This document shows, piece after piece, positions 45,481 through 59,261 of a stretch of DNA of 64,000 nt. The stretch comes from Octopus vulgaris (lineage: Eukaryota): contig OX597817.1 of the NCBI GenBank assembly GCA_951406725.2, positions 109,368,001-109,432,000 of the forward strand. The letters are read 5' to 3'. The translations under genes were made by a program, and so were the position numbers. Position 1 is the stretch's first letter; each line of letters begins with the position of its first letter. The notes beneath the pieces were generated by a model. It made no database searches. It saw only the letters and a list, made by a program, of their open reading frames with translations, and was not told where the DNA came from.

Positions 45481-46707
45481 CAGCAGATTATTAAGCTTCG
45501 AAAGAAGGATAATTTAAGTATTAGGTCTATTGCAAAGATTGTTAACAAGTCAAAAAGTGTTGTTCACGGTATTCTTAAGGTCTACGATGATTGTGGTTCG
45601 TGTGAAGCAAGAAAGTCTACAGGTAGGCCAAGAAAAACGACCAAGAGAGAAGATCGTGCTATGGTAAACTTGATTAAAAAGGACAGATTTCAAATTGCTA
45701 CTGCTGTTTTTCGGGAAATGAGCATTGTACTGAAGAAAACTTTATCTCGAAAAACTGTGTCTCGTCCTTTAGTTGAACATGACCTACAAGCAAGAGCACC
45801 TGCAGTGAAACCACTGATCAACTCCAAGAATAAAATGTGTCGTCTTACCTTTGCATCCGAACATGTGTTGTGGTCTCAAGAAAAATGGCAAACGGTGCAT
45901 TTCAATGATGAATCTAAGTTTATGTTATTTGGCTCAGATGGGAAAAGGTACGTTCGTCGAAAAGCAGGTGAAAAATTGTCACCTAAATGCCTTAAGACAA
46001 GTGTTAAATTCGGTGGAGGAGGTGTCATGGTTTGGGGGATGATATCTGGAGATGTTGTGGGCCATTTGCTGCGATTACATGGAAAGGTAAATGCATGAGT
46101 TTATAAACAACTTGTAAAAGATCATGTCTTGCCTGTGCTGAGAAATTCAACTAAGCGACCACCCATATTCATGCAGGACAATGCTCCATGTCACAAGGCT
46201 AAGGTGGTCATGAACTTCCTCAAGGCTGAAAAGGTTATTGTTATGGATTGGTCTGCTCAAAGCCCAGACCTCAATCCTATTGAAAATTTGTGGAATATTC
46301 TAGGAGAACGTTTGAAAGCCAGAAATCCTAAAACAACCGAGCAATTATGGAATGCCCTTCAGGAAGAATGGAATAAGATCACCCAGCAAGAAATTGAAAA
46401 TTTAATTTCCCCATGCAGTCGAAAATGTCAAACTTTGATTGAAGCTAAAGTGCTTCATACTAAATATGAAATAATTCCAGCATTCTCTGTCACTTTTTGA
46501 TTATTTTGTTATTTTTTCAACCGTTCTGATCATTTTGGCCACTATGGGTTTTGCAGTAAATCACTATATCATCCATAACTTTTGTATTATCCACCAAAAT
46601 TACACCAAAATCTCAGACAATACCAATTCATATTGTATTTATAGTCTGTAAAAATTCTAGAATATAAAACAAAAACAATGCCGTTCTGAACATTTTGGCC
46701 GCAACTG
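45481..46707 (+). mobile_element. Tc1-family DD34E transposon, left end missing, transposase with internal stop
   Basis: GRPRKTT, FNDESKF, QDNAPCH-34 aa-E in SPDLNPIENLW; TGA at 46096-46098; right end ...CATTTTGGCCGCAACTG|TA with an inner repeat at 46521-46540. Confidence 0.92.
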
Positions 46708-46723
46708 TATATATATATATATA

Positions 46724-47090
46724 GGCGTAATCGCAGCTGTATAATAAAAAGTTTGCTTCTTAACCATATGGTTCAAGTCCAGTGCCACTACACGGGCAAG
46801 TCACTTCAACTATAGTCTCTGGTCGAGCCTATAAATAGATTTGGCCGAAAGAAACTGAATGAGGCCCGTCGTATATGTCGTATGAGTTTGTGTGTGTGCG
46901 TGCGCGCTGTGTGTGTGTTTGCTTGTCTGTGTTTTTCCTCCAACACCTCACATTTGCACACACGTTATATAGTAGTTCAGAAGAATAGACACTTAAATTA
47001 AGTACCAAGCTCTAAAAATTAAGTACCTGGGTCAATTTGTTTGGCTAAAATTATTCAAAGCGCTACCCCAGCAAAGCCACAGTCTAAAAT
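46724..47090 (+). mobile_element. SINE family B-related copy, strongly decayed
   Basis: AGTTTGCTTCTTAACCATATGGTTCAAGTCC..GAAACTGAATGAGGCCCGTCGTATAT. Confidence 0.55.
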
Positions 47091-47091
47091 T

Positions 47092-47133
<42 letters not shown>

Positions 47134-47134
<1 letters not shown>

Positions 47135-47515
47135 TAGCAGTATCGCCCGGCGTTGCTCGGGTTTGTTTCCACCCTTTAGAATCGGAATTTTTGAAAAGAA
47201 AAACATTTGCATTATGTAGCCTGTTATTCTCTTTAAGTGAATATTTTTCTGGTTGAAATACACCGAAAAATGGCGACACAGCAGTAAAAAAATCGTAATA
47301 AATAGGGATTTTCATAGAAAAGATGCACCTTTTTGATGTAAGTAATTTTTGGTGTTAACATGGTCCGATTTGAATTTTATCTTCTACGGAAGGAAGAGCG
47401 AGCCTTCTTCTACCATACTCTCAATTTCGGTCAACTTGCGCCGCAGGGTCTCGGAGGAGATAGTGTTTGTTGAAGGCTACCAAATCTGCCATACACAGAC
47501 AACTTCAGCTTTATG
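47134..47515 (-). mobile_element. Non-autonomous Helitron
   Basis: Minus-strand 3' end CCCGAGCAACGCCGGG hairpin, then CGATACTG-CTAG followed by T; 5' region ..ATAAAGCTGAAGTTGTCTGTGT; lies in (TA)n. Confidence 0.7.
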
Positions 47516-47519
47516 TATG

Positions 47520-47561
<42 letters not shown>

Positions 47562-47563
<2 letters not shown>

Positions 47564-48276
47564 GGGGGTTCCAAAAGTCACTGATAGGTTTCAATTTTTA
47601 ATAACTTCCTTAACTTTACAAATAAATGCATGACATTTTGGTGCACTATAGGACGTATTAGAGATTAATTCGTACAAGTCAAATTTTGCAACACCACCTC
47701 ATTACATCACATCTCGGGTTTGTTGACATAAACCCTCTCTTTCGGGTATTTCCACAAGAAATCATCCAGGCTAGTTAAGTCTGGGAAATGTGAAGTACAG
47801 TTGACATTACCGTAACGGGAGATTATTCTCTCTCCAAAGCACTGCCGTAGCAACTGCATTGTCTCTCTTGCGGTATGAGCAGTTGCCCCACCTTGCTGGG
47901 ACCATGTGTGATGTCTACTTTGAATGGCTGAGCACGAAAAGGTCTCCATCATGGATACCTGAAAGAGAGGGTTTACGTCAACAAATCGGAGACCCTAGTG
48001 CAACTGAAGTAGAACATCAATTGAGAAATCAACGAAGTGGGGACTGAGGGTCTTGTGGTGCAAGTTTTGGGAAGTGCACGGAGGTGCGACACCGAAAATG
48101 GCTGCCATTTAAGCAAAGTCGTTTTTCGTATGTGATGTAGTGGTGTTGCAAATTTGACCTATGCATATTAATTTCCATTATGTCCTTTATATTATATTAA
48201 AGTTTCATGCATTTATTTGTAAAGTTAAGGAAGTTATAAAAAATGGAACCCCATCAGTGTCTTTTGGGTCATCCTG
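47562..48276. mobile_element. Tc1/mariner (DD41D rosa-like) derivative with about 145-bp inverted ends
   Basis: Ends CAGGGGGTTCCAAAAGTCACTGAT / ATCAGTGTCTTTTGGGTCATCCTG; internal WSQQ(G)GATAH-41 aa-PDLTSLD.FLW..KERVY. Confidence 0.8.
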
Positions 48277-48305
48277 TGTATATATGGTTGTGTGTGTGTG
48301 TATAC

Positions 48306-48406
<101 letters not shown>

Positions 48407-48643
48407 TAATGCAATACAAAGTATTGCCTTCCAGTAAAAAGTAGCCCGTGAGGGAAAAATACACAAATTAGTAAATAAATGGCACAGGTTTCAGGTTTTA
48501 CAAGATATGTCTCTGACCCATATTTTGTTTTACCTTCATCAGCCAAACATATACCAAGACGAAATCTACGATGTTACCACATTAATACTAACACACTCGA
48601 CTGAAATGCGGAACGCTAACAGTACGAGACTTAGTAATTTTAA

Positions 48644-48696
<53 letters not shown>

Positions 48697-48923
48697 GAAA
48701 TATTAAAATTACTAAGTCTCTATAAAAGAGATTACGGCAGCGTTTACTGGAAATTAATTGTTATCGCCATATTAATATGGCATTCTTATAGATATAAGAA
48801 TAATCGCTGCCGCTGGTCAGCTCCATGAGGCCATCGCCACCAAGATACCTATTGATACACGATCTGTATCCATTATAACCTTCGAACAAGGGAGGTCAGC
48901 CACTTCACACTGCCAGTCCGACA

Positions 48924-48965
48924 GCTACAGACGCGTTTCGGGGTATTGCCCCTTGTCAACGTAGC
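48924..48965 (-). ncRNA. Minimal type I hammerhead motif
   Basis: GCUACG-UUGACAA-GGGG caaua CCCC-GAAAC gc GUC^UGUAGC. Confidence 0.75.
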
Positions 48966-49241
48966 GCAGTCAGACCCGCAGGTGTCGCCACTGACGTCTC
49001 TGTTCGAAGGTTTCTATTTACCTAGTTTCAGTGGAATACATCCACTTATATCTATAAGAATGCCATATTAATATGGCGATAACAATTAATTTCCAGTAAA
49101 CGCTGCCGTAATCTCTTTTATAGAGACTTAGTAATTTTAATATTTCTATTATTGAAAACAAGTGGATGTATTCCACTGAAACTAGGTAATTAGAAACCTT
49201 CGAACAGAGACGTCAGTGGCGACACATGCGGGTCTGACTGA

Positions 49242-49283
49242 GCTACATTGACAAGGGGCAATACCCCGAAACGCGTCTGTAGC
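49242..49283 (+). ncRNA. Minimal type I hammerhead motif
   Basis: GCUACA-UUGACAA-GGGG caaua CCCC-GAAAC gc GUC^UGUAGC; palindromic ACGCGU. Confidence 0.78.
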
Positions 49284-49576
49284 TGTCGGACTGGCAGTGT
49301 GAAGCGGCTGACCTCCCTTGTTCGAAGGTTATAATGGATACAGATCGTGTATCAATAGGTATCTTGATGGCGATGGCCTCATGGAGCTGACCAGCGGCAG
49401 CGATTATTCTTATATCTATAAGAATGCCATATTAATATGGCGATAACAATTAATTATATATATATATATATATATATACTGCTCCATCACGTAGTAGTAC
49501 ATTATATACGTGTGTATGTATGTGTGTGTACGCGCGTGTGTGTGTGACTTCCATAATGCTATGTAGATAGATAGAC

Positions 49577-49656
<80 letters not shown>

Positions 49657-49684
49657 TGATTGATAGATAGAGAGACAGACAGAG

Positions 49685-49778
<94 letters not shown>

Positions 49779-49849
49779 TGCAGAAGCCAAATGCCTCCAA
49801 ATATCAACAGTACTGACAGACTATTATCATTTTGCCACCAACCCGGCAG

Positions 49850-50040
49850 AATTGTTATCACGCCGACAAACTACTTAGAAGCCTTTTACCCGTCTTTCTC
49901 TTCTGCATTCAATTTCCAACCAGGTCGACTTCGCGTGTCTTCCTTTCAATGACGGTGAGATAAGTACCCGTGGTGCACTCGGGTTGATATAATCGACTAT
50001 ACCTTCCCATAAATTATCAGGCCGTGTGTCTATAGAAGAA
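49850..50040 (+). mobile_element. SINE family A copy, decayed
   Basis: GGCAGAATTGTTATCACGCCG..GGTCGACTTCGC..GATAAGTACC. Confidence 0.6.
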
Positions 50041-50599
50041 AGGATAATTATATTGTAATAATATTGCAAAGTAATTTATCATACATCTCAAATCTAGTCT
50101 GTTAGACTATAATTTTGTAATAGTAAATACTCGAGAAGAGTAGTGTATGAACAAACACCACACCCACATTACAGGAAACTCATAGCTAATAAACTATTGA
50201 TAGAAAAGATAGTGAAGATGTCGGAACCTGCCAAAATTAACATACTTATGCTAGATCTTATACGAAGAACCAGCTATGTATCAAAACAGTATGAAATACA
50301 TAACTATAGCGTCATATTCAACATTTTATCTTCTGTATACAACTATTCAATTACACAAAAGAATGGAATCAGTGTTTGAAAATGATGCCAAAAATAATAA
50401 GGAATGGTGCAGAAGGAATATAACCTCTGTACCGTCATAACTGTCGGAATAGGGCAGCCAGAGCTAAAAATAAAGGAGCTAAGAGTAGTAGGACATAGTA
50501 AGATAAAAACATTCGATAAAGCGATGTTCGTAGGATTCATCCAATCTTATCTATTTTGCACAAGGAAAATAAACCAATCTCAATAACAGAATTATTTAA

Positions 50600-50810
50600 G
50601 GCGGCGCGATAGCAGAATCGTTAGTACACTGCTGGAAATGATTAGCGGCATTTCGTCCGCTTGCACGTTCTGAGTCCAAATTTCGTCGGGATCGACTTTG
50701 TCTTTCATCCATTCGAGGTCAATAAAGATAAGTGCCATTTGAACTCTGGCGTCGATGTAATCGACTTATGCCTTCATTCAAAATTGCTGGCCTAGTGCAA
50801 AAAATTTAAA
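50600..50810 (+). mobile_element. SINE family A copy
   Basis: GGCGGCGCGATAGCAGAATCGTTAG..GTTCTGAGTCCAAATT..CTTTCATCCATTCGAGGTCAATAAGATAAGT. Confidence 0.75.
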
Positions 50811-51592
50811 TCAGTATTAGAATTCTTTTGTATTAGGTCAACAGGATGACGTCTCATTAGCTACAATATTTTTAATAACAGGCTCCCAGCAAGTACGGTT
50901 GACGTTCGGCTTGATTACTTGTAGAGCAATTTTTGCAGGAAAATATTTGAAAAGAAATTCCATTATGACCCTACACATTTATTGATGCATTTATCGATGA
51001 GTGTTCAAGATGTAGGTTTTAGAGGATATACTGTTAACTGGTCAACAAGAGCAGAAGCTGTTATATTGGCGATAGGATACACAAAAACAAATCTAGTTGA
51101 AGTGTTATTGAATAAACCATTGACAATTACTCGAATGGGATTTGTTTAGAATCAGTCTAGCATATACATCGTGCATTTGTAGGACTGTCCCACACATACA
51201 AGTAGTTACGCCAGTAGTTTAGACGACCATCAATTATTCAAGTATAGATTAAAACCGAGTAGTTTATCTGATCTAATATTAATAATTTTTATCGTATTTT
51301 TGGGAACATACGGAAATTAGTGGAATAGTTAAATAGCGTATTAGCGTATAGACATACAAATACACTCACTCACACACAAACACACACACACACTCACACA
51401 CACACAAGTATTTATAAAAAGCAAGAAGATGAAATGAACAGGCTTTAATCACAAAACACAATTGCTTCTATGCATTGGTAACAGCTATTTGTTGCAGAGT
51501 TTTCCATATCATATAATCATGTAAATAAATATGATCCAGCCGTAGGTGTGTACTCGCACTTCACCAGGTCAGTGACTTTGAGAGCATATATA

Positions 51593-51665
<73 letters not shown>

Positions 51666-52101
51666 ATATGTATGTATATATATATGTGTGCGTATGTATA
51701 TGATGTATATGTATGTATAGCAACATCACCTTCAGCACCAGCATTACCAACAGCTTCCCTAACGTCCACAGTAGCAGTCATGACAACCTCTATAGCGGTA
51801 GCAACAGGTCCAGCGCCACCGCTATCAATAACAACAATAACAGCGACAGTGGCCGTAGCAGAAACACCAGCAAAACCACAGCTAATGATATGATACCACT
51901 AGCAGAAATGGCAACTCTCTCACCAATGAAGCAACTCCCACCAATGGCATCTCTCCTACCAATGACAACTCTCCCACTAGTGCCTTCACCATAATCAGCA
52001 GTGGCGATACAATACCGACGCCACCACTACCTCCAGCGACGCCAACACCAGCAGGTACAGCACCGACAATACACGCCTGCATTAGATGTTCCTGCATTAG
52101 A

Positions 52102-52766
<665 letters not shown>

Positions 52767-52786
52767 TGATAGATAGATAGATAGAT

Positions 52787-53134
52787 TGGGTCGGTCGGGA
52801 CCTCCCTTCGGTCACAACACTGACCATGGGATTTCACCTAGAAAGTTACCGTCCTAGTCACAAGTCTGGGCAAAGTGGTTTATGGAAGACCAGCAGTCGC
52901 CCATGCATACCGGCCTTCCCTCTCCACGCCACCAGTGTTATCCAAGGGAAAGGCAACAGCCGATACAGCTTGGCGTCCGTGACGTCGCAACTCATTTCTA
53001 CACCTGAGTTAACTGGAGCAACGTGAAATAAAGTGTCTTGCTCAAGAACACAACACGCAGCTCGTTCCGGGATTCGAGCTCACAACCTCACGATCGTAAG
53101 CTCGACGCTCTAACCACTGAGCCATGCGCCTTCA
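52787..53134 (-). mobile_element. tRNA-derived SINE family C, near full length
   Basis: Minus strand GAAGGCGCATGGCTCAGTGGTTAGAGCGTCG...GAGCTCGAATCCC..GTTGTGTTCTTGAGCAAGACACTTTA. Confidence 0.85.
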
Positions 53135-53204
53135 CTATAGATATATATACATATATATATAAATGTATGTCTGTATATATACTTACATTCACATATATAT
53201 ATGA

Positions 53205-53267
<63 letters not shown>

Positions 53268-53427
53268 CGTATATTTGCCATTTGAATATGGCTAACCCCT
53301 AAGGGTGGATGCTACTGTAGTTTGTAGCCCCAGGAGGACACCTCCTCCAGCTGGCTATAGACACACTTTCTGTGCCCTATCAGTATTTGCGAAGGGAAGC
53401 CATTCTTCCCGTCTTCAACTTATGATA

Positions 53428-53472
53428 CACACGGACTCGAGTTTCAGGGTATTGACCCGTCATCGGCGTGTG
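53428..53472 (-). ncRNA. Minimal type I hammerhead motif
   Basis: CACACG-CCGAUGA-cGGGU caau ACCCu-GAAAC ucga GUC^CGUGUG; palindromic ACUCGAGU. Confidence 0.75.
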
Positions 53473-53714
53473 ACAATCATAGTTGTCGATGAGAAGTCGG
53501 TTCCCTTCACAAATACATATACTTTTTCCAGTATCGATTGACACTGATATTGAAAAAGTGAAATCAAACAATGATAAATCTCAGAGCTAGTTATAAACAG
53601 TAGCAGCAACACATCGTGACGTATATTTGCCATATCATTGTTTGATTTCACCTTTGTATCATTTGTGTATGTACTTGTGAAGGGAACCGACTTCTCATCG
53701 ACAACTATGATTGT

Positions 53715-53759
53715 CACACGCCGATATCGGGTCAATACCCTGAAACTCGAGTCCGTGTG
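53715..53759 (+). ncRNA. Hammerhead motif copy with mutated core (CCGAUAU)
   Basis: Same stems as 53428-53472. Confidence 0.6.
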
Positions 53760-53971
53760 TATCATATGTTGAAGACGGGAAGGATGGGTTCCCTTCGCAA
53801 ATACTGATAGGGCACAGAAAGTGTGTCTATAGCCAGCTGGAGGAGGTGTCCTCCTGGGGCTACAGACTACAGTAGCATCCACCCTTAGGGGTTAGCCATA
53901 TTCAAATGGCAAATATACGTCACGATGTGTTGCTGCTACTGTTTATAACTCACTCTGAGATTTATCATTGT

Positions 53972-54183
<212 letters not shown>

Positions 54184-56867
54184 CATACATATGTGTGTGC
54201 GCGAGGGCAACAAACAAAACGTCGCATAGCACGTAAACTGTCTGAAAAGGCATGAATCAAAATCAAAAGACCAAGGTAGCGTGGAAATATAAATGAGCAC
54301 CATTGCATCTTTACTGACCAATTAGGAAAACGATTTATGAAAATGCCATATAACTAATTTCATGACTAATTTCCTAATCGCATATTTCGATTAGCCCTCC
54401 TTTTCGATGCTTAATCAAAGGCATTGGTTTTAAAAGTTAATGAGTGAAATATTGTCCAAAACTCATCACATGAAATTTGTATTTGATGTATATTGTTGCA
54501 TGTATGAGTTGGTGCTATTCTTGTTGTTGGCGTCGACGTCGTCCCAATTTAGATCTAATTGAGCAGAACTATTAGCGAAGTCGTTCTAGATTTGAACATT
54601 GCATCTGTCTCCGCTACTCTGGACAACATAATGCAATACAGCATATGTCCACTTTTTGGACGCAGGCGATGATATGATTGGGTATCTGGATGCTGCTGGT
54701 TGCAGCTTGTTTAATGTGCGATGTTGCACTGTGAGAAGTTGAAGCAAATGTTGCAGCCAGAATTCACCTAATGTTCATGTTTTCTTATTACAAAATATTA
54801 TCACTATCACTGCTAATAATATCAGTCTGAACTATAGTTAAAAGAACAGTTAAATTAGTATAATCATACATGGTGTTGTAAGTCCTTACACACTAATTAG
54901 AACAACTTATGCGTTGGGAAAGAGGCACTTTTAGCTCAATTGTAAATAACTGCTTTAATCATTTCTGCAAGCACGGGAGACAACTCAGCGGTGACAATGC
55001 TCCTTCGGAAGCGTAGATTCCATGAGACCCGCTCAAGTAGTAATGTAAGAATAATGCTAAATATCAAGGGAAGGTATTGACAATTAACATTTACTATTTC
55101 TTTAATTAGTGTTGATAATTTATTCAAGGGTACTTTTCGCATGGAAAACAACTAAGTAGAAAAATCTAATTATAATTAAAGATGCGATAAAGGGAAAATG
55201 ACATTGACTCATTTTGTCGAAACGTAATTCTGTGTTAGAGCCACTACATGGCCTATATATTACTGTCTTCTACAAGAGCCAAAGATCAACAACGGAAAGT
55301 TTGTGAAGCCCATCGTATAAATACATGTACGCATGAATACATACACACATACATACGCACGCATATATACAGGTATGTTTGTGTGTGCGCGCGCGTGTTT
55401 TGGTTTTATTACGCCACCTCAGTGAATCTTAAATTTCACAAAGAAATAATGCGAGATTCAATACGGAAATACATAAAAGTTTAAGCTAGTTGCATACTTA
55501 AAAGCGTGCCAGTCAACTAATCAGAGATGCCATTCGTATAAAAATATAGTTAAACTAGTGCTAACATATCAAATAGAGAAATCATTTAAGACAGATTTAT
55601 GCAGTAGGGAACGAGATGGATTAGTGAAATGCTATAGTTATTTCTAATAATTCGGCTATGAAATTTGAGTATAGACAAGTTTCATTATTCCTAGTCCTCA
55701 TCAACGATGAAATGACTGTACCAGTTTTACCGAAGTAATGATGAGAATCAATATTGTACTCGTATACATGTTACAGTTAGAACATTACAAAGAAAGAAAT
55801 AGTCATTTCAGTGTATGCTTCCCTAAGGAGGGTTAACGTGACCCAAGCATGTCCAATGCTTTCTACCCAATATGCTGAAATAATATTAATGATATTCAGT
55901 TAGTACTAGTTATTTTCCTCGGCGCATAAGTTTATGTAATTAGCTGCTTGATGTTCACTGAATGACGTCAGCTAACCACAAATTAACTATTGATTTTTTT
56001 TTCTTGCGTATGGCATTTGGGATTAAACTTTGAGATTTTAAACTGTGATTTATACTTGAAAGTTAGTTTATAAGTGAGGAGTAATCGTCATGTAGACACA
56101 GTCCTGGACTTGTGGATATGAAACTCGCTTTATAACCAGCTAGTTTCATCGGACCCAATTCGGGGCACCTCGAGTATGTGTCTTCTGCTAGAGTGCGGGA
56201 TCAATCAATGCCTTGTTATAGAATCCCGTCGACGGAAAATGTGCTGAAGACCCTAGTATACATATGTGTGTGTATGTATGTATGTATGTATGTTTGTATG
56301 CATGTATGTATGTATGTATGTATGTATGTATGTATGTATGTATGTATGTATGTATGTATGTATGTATGTATGTATGTTTGTTTGTATGCATGCATATATA
56401 TTAATGTATTTATATTATATTAAAGGCATTACTACACATAAGTGCCTCATGCTATTAGAGACTCCTAAAGTCAAAACTACCAGAATAAATATACAGTGAA
56501 CCGACAGCGAGGGAATGCAACTTGGAAGACAACCCTTAAAACAGATTCAGCCGCAAATCATGATTTCATAGTTAGTGTACATAATCCACTTTCTAATTGT
56601 CAGTGCAGGCCTAATCGAGACACATAAAAATTAACTAAATTCAACATACCAGACAAACAGTAAATGTATCCAACGTAGAACATAGAAATGTTCACAATAA
56701 TATATCTGTATATTTATTATGGTAGTTTTGTAGCGTAAGGCATTTACGTGTAGCAAATGCCCTTTATATAATAAATATATTTAAAGGGAATAATTATAAA
56801 TTTTTCCCATATAAGGTTTTCACACTGACTACTTGATAAATTCTTATAAAGATTTTATCCAATATTT

Positions 56868-56902
<35 letters not shown>

Positions 56903-57322
56903 CAATTATAAGTGTAGACGAACTTTAATTCAGGGCTCTTTACCTTTTGACCGACAGATTTTAAAAATAACTTTTTGTAACTAAACACTTTCAAACTTCG
57001 GACACTGGTAGAATGTGTCATATAAAACATTTTCTACAGTTAGCATTTTTGAGAAAAACTTATATTTACGTTGTCGTATTTCGGTAATTTCAACCAATCA
57101 ATGACGTGTATCCAGCTGCATAAAATTACTGCCGTTGTTTGTCAACAACAACCCTCGGCGGTGTATTTTTCGTTTGTCAATGTTATTTATTACATCGTTT
57201 GTACTAGTTTTAGCTTTAAGGTTTTAGGGTTAGGTTTAGGGGTTATATATGTGTGTGTGCACGTGTGCGTGTACGTGTGTGTAATATATATATAAATATA
57301 TATGTATATATATGTATATGCG

Positions 57323-57389
<67 letters not shown>

Positions 57390-58219
57390 GTATGCATGTG
57401 TCTGTCTTTATGTCTTTCTCCCCCTTCTTAGCGCATGACAACCAACGCTGGTTTGTTTATTCAATGGTTCGGCAAAATAGTCGACTCTATACGTAACAGA
57501 CTTTAAAAAAACGGGCTAAAAATAATTAAGTATTGATATTCGACTAAAACCAGGATAGCTATTGCCCAAAAACTGAAGCAAAGGAGAGATGCACATTAAA
57601 AGATATGAATGCAATCATAAAAAAAAAAACAGAACAAATATATCATGATATCAAATTATTCAATCAAGTCATTTCGCTCCTGATGAATGTCCATGATCGT
57701 AACTAATATCTTTGCTTTGTCTCATATTACAACGTTTGAAATCACTTATTTTTTATCTGACTGTGCCTCACGCAGGTAATTACTAGCTTACCATTTTCAA
57801 ACTTATTTGAATATGTTTGAATATGTCGCGAGAGCAACATATTCAAATAGCTCATAGAGGTCCGGCTAATAACATCGAGGTTAATGTATTATCAAGGCAT
57901 AGAACAAACACGGCACTTAGATTATGAAGCCCACGGCATAGTGATAGACAGACCGATCCTCAACAGAAAACACGAATGGAACAAAACCACCCACCTCCAC
58001 ACCAAGCGAGACAACGACTAACGACAGAAGGGAGTAAAAAAGACACAACTCAAACAGTACAATACACACAGAAGACAAACATGCACATGCTTATGATGAA
58101 AGATAAAAAATAGAGAACAAATGGAAAAATAACTACACGAAGGACACGGTTACAGCCAATATAGAAAGCAAACCCATATATACACAAATACAAATGCAAA
58201 ACACATAGACATGCACACA

Positions 58220-58296
<77 letters not shown>

Positions 58297-58737
58297 GCGC
58301 GCACGCACGCACACATCCACAGATATAGACGCAAACGCATGCAAAGATAAGGTACACCTCATAGAGAGACGGAATGAACTAAACAGAACAAGAGGATACA
58401 TGTGGATGGAAGAGTTACTGAAGAGGTCATACATGAGTGACGAAAGGTTTTAAGACAATGGACATGGGACAAAATAAGAAAAATAATAAACGATTGAAGA
58501 ACGAATATATAGTGTATGTGTGTTTATTTAGCGAAAAAAAGAATGACCATCCTGAAATATAACAATATCTGTTTGAACACATGATTCCACATCAGGAATC
58601 TTGCAACATAAGTTCATAAACACACACATACACACACTCACACATGCACACACACACGCACACACACATACACACACATTTATATACACACATACATACA
58701 CATTCTCATACATGTATACATACATACATATATACAT

Positions 58738-58806
<69 letters not shown>

Positions 58807-59261
58807 AAGGACTACAAAAAGTGGGACAAGAACGCAAAACATCCAGACAGATTATACAAAAGAGGGACAAGAAAAAACACGGGCGGACCATACGAAGTTT
58901 TCCTCAGTCGAGTTCCAGATTATATTTGCAATTTCGGCTGGTTATACTCGAGATTGCGACAAGGACATATGATATGACAGGCATAGGGAGGAATATAGAT
59001 GTTGCATGGTGAGTGGTCGAACAATGGTCGTGTGGGGAGAGAGAAGAGAGGTAGAGGCAGAGGGACAGAAGAATTAGGGAGGGACAAGAAAAAGGAGAGA
59101 GAGAGAGAGTGAAGTGAAAGAGGAGGGAAGGTGATAATGAAGAGTAAGTCTAGAAATGTGAGAGACGGGAACGAAGGGAAGAAGAGTGGAAAAAGTAAGT
59201 AAGTGTGAAGGGGCTGATAGAAAGAAAGAATGAAAGTCGTACAAAATTTATATATATATAT

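Larger units (their letters stand above)
48627..49456. mobile_element. Hammerhead-containing non-coding 364-nt unit in tandem plus inverted arrangement (retrozyme-like or PLE pLTR-derived)
   Basis: Inverted copy 48692-49047; direct repeat with period 364 (49047 vs 49411); bounded by (TA)n. Confidence 0.8.

Noticed and set aside
51720-52100. Ser/Thr/Pro/Ala-rich ORFs
   Set aside because: Trinucleotide-rich low-complexity sequence with no splice or domain support.
53305-53882. Twin ORFs [18 protein letters not shown] on opposite strands
   Set aside because: A by-product of the inverted repeat; they read antisense to the hammerhead strand and show no recognisable domain.
56130-56250. CAGAAGA...GAAAC on the minus strand, a possible hammerhead
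   Set aside because: Better explained as a decayed family B SINE head; no stem I.
57221-57245. TTTAGGGTTAGGTTTAGGGG telomere-like repeat
   Set aside because: Only about 3 imperfect units at the edge of a probable repeat fragment; not an interstitial telomere array.
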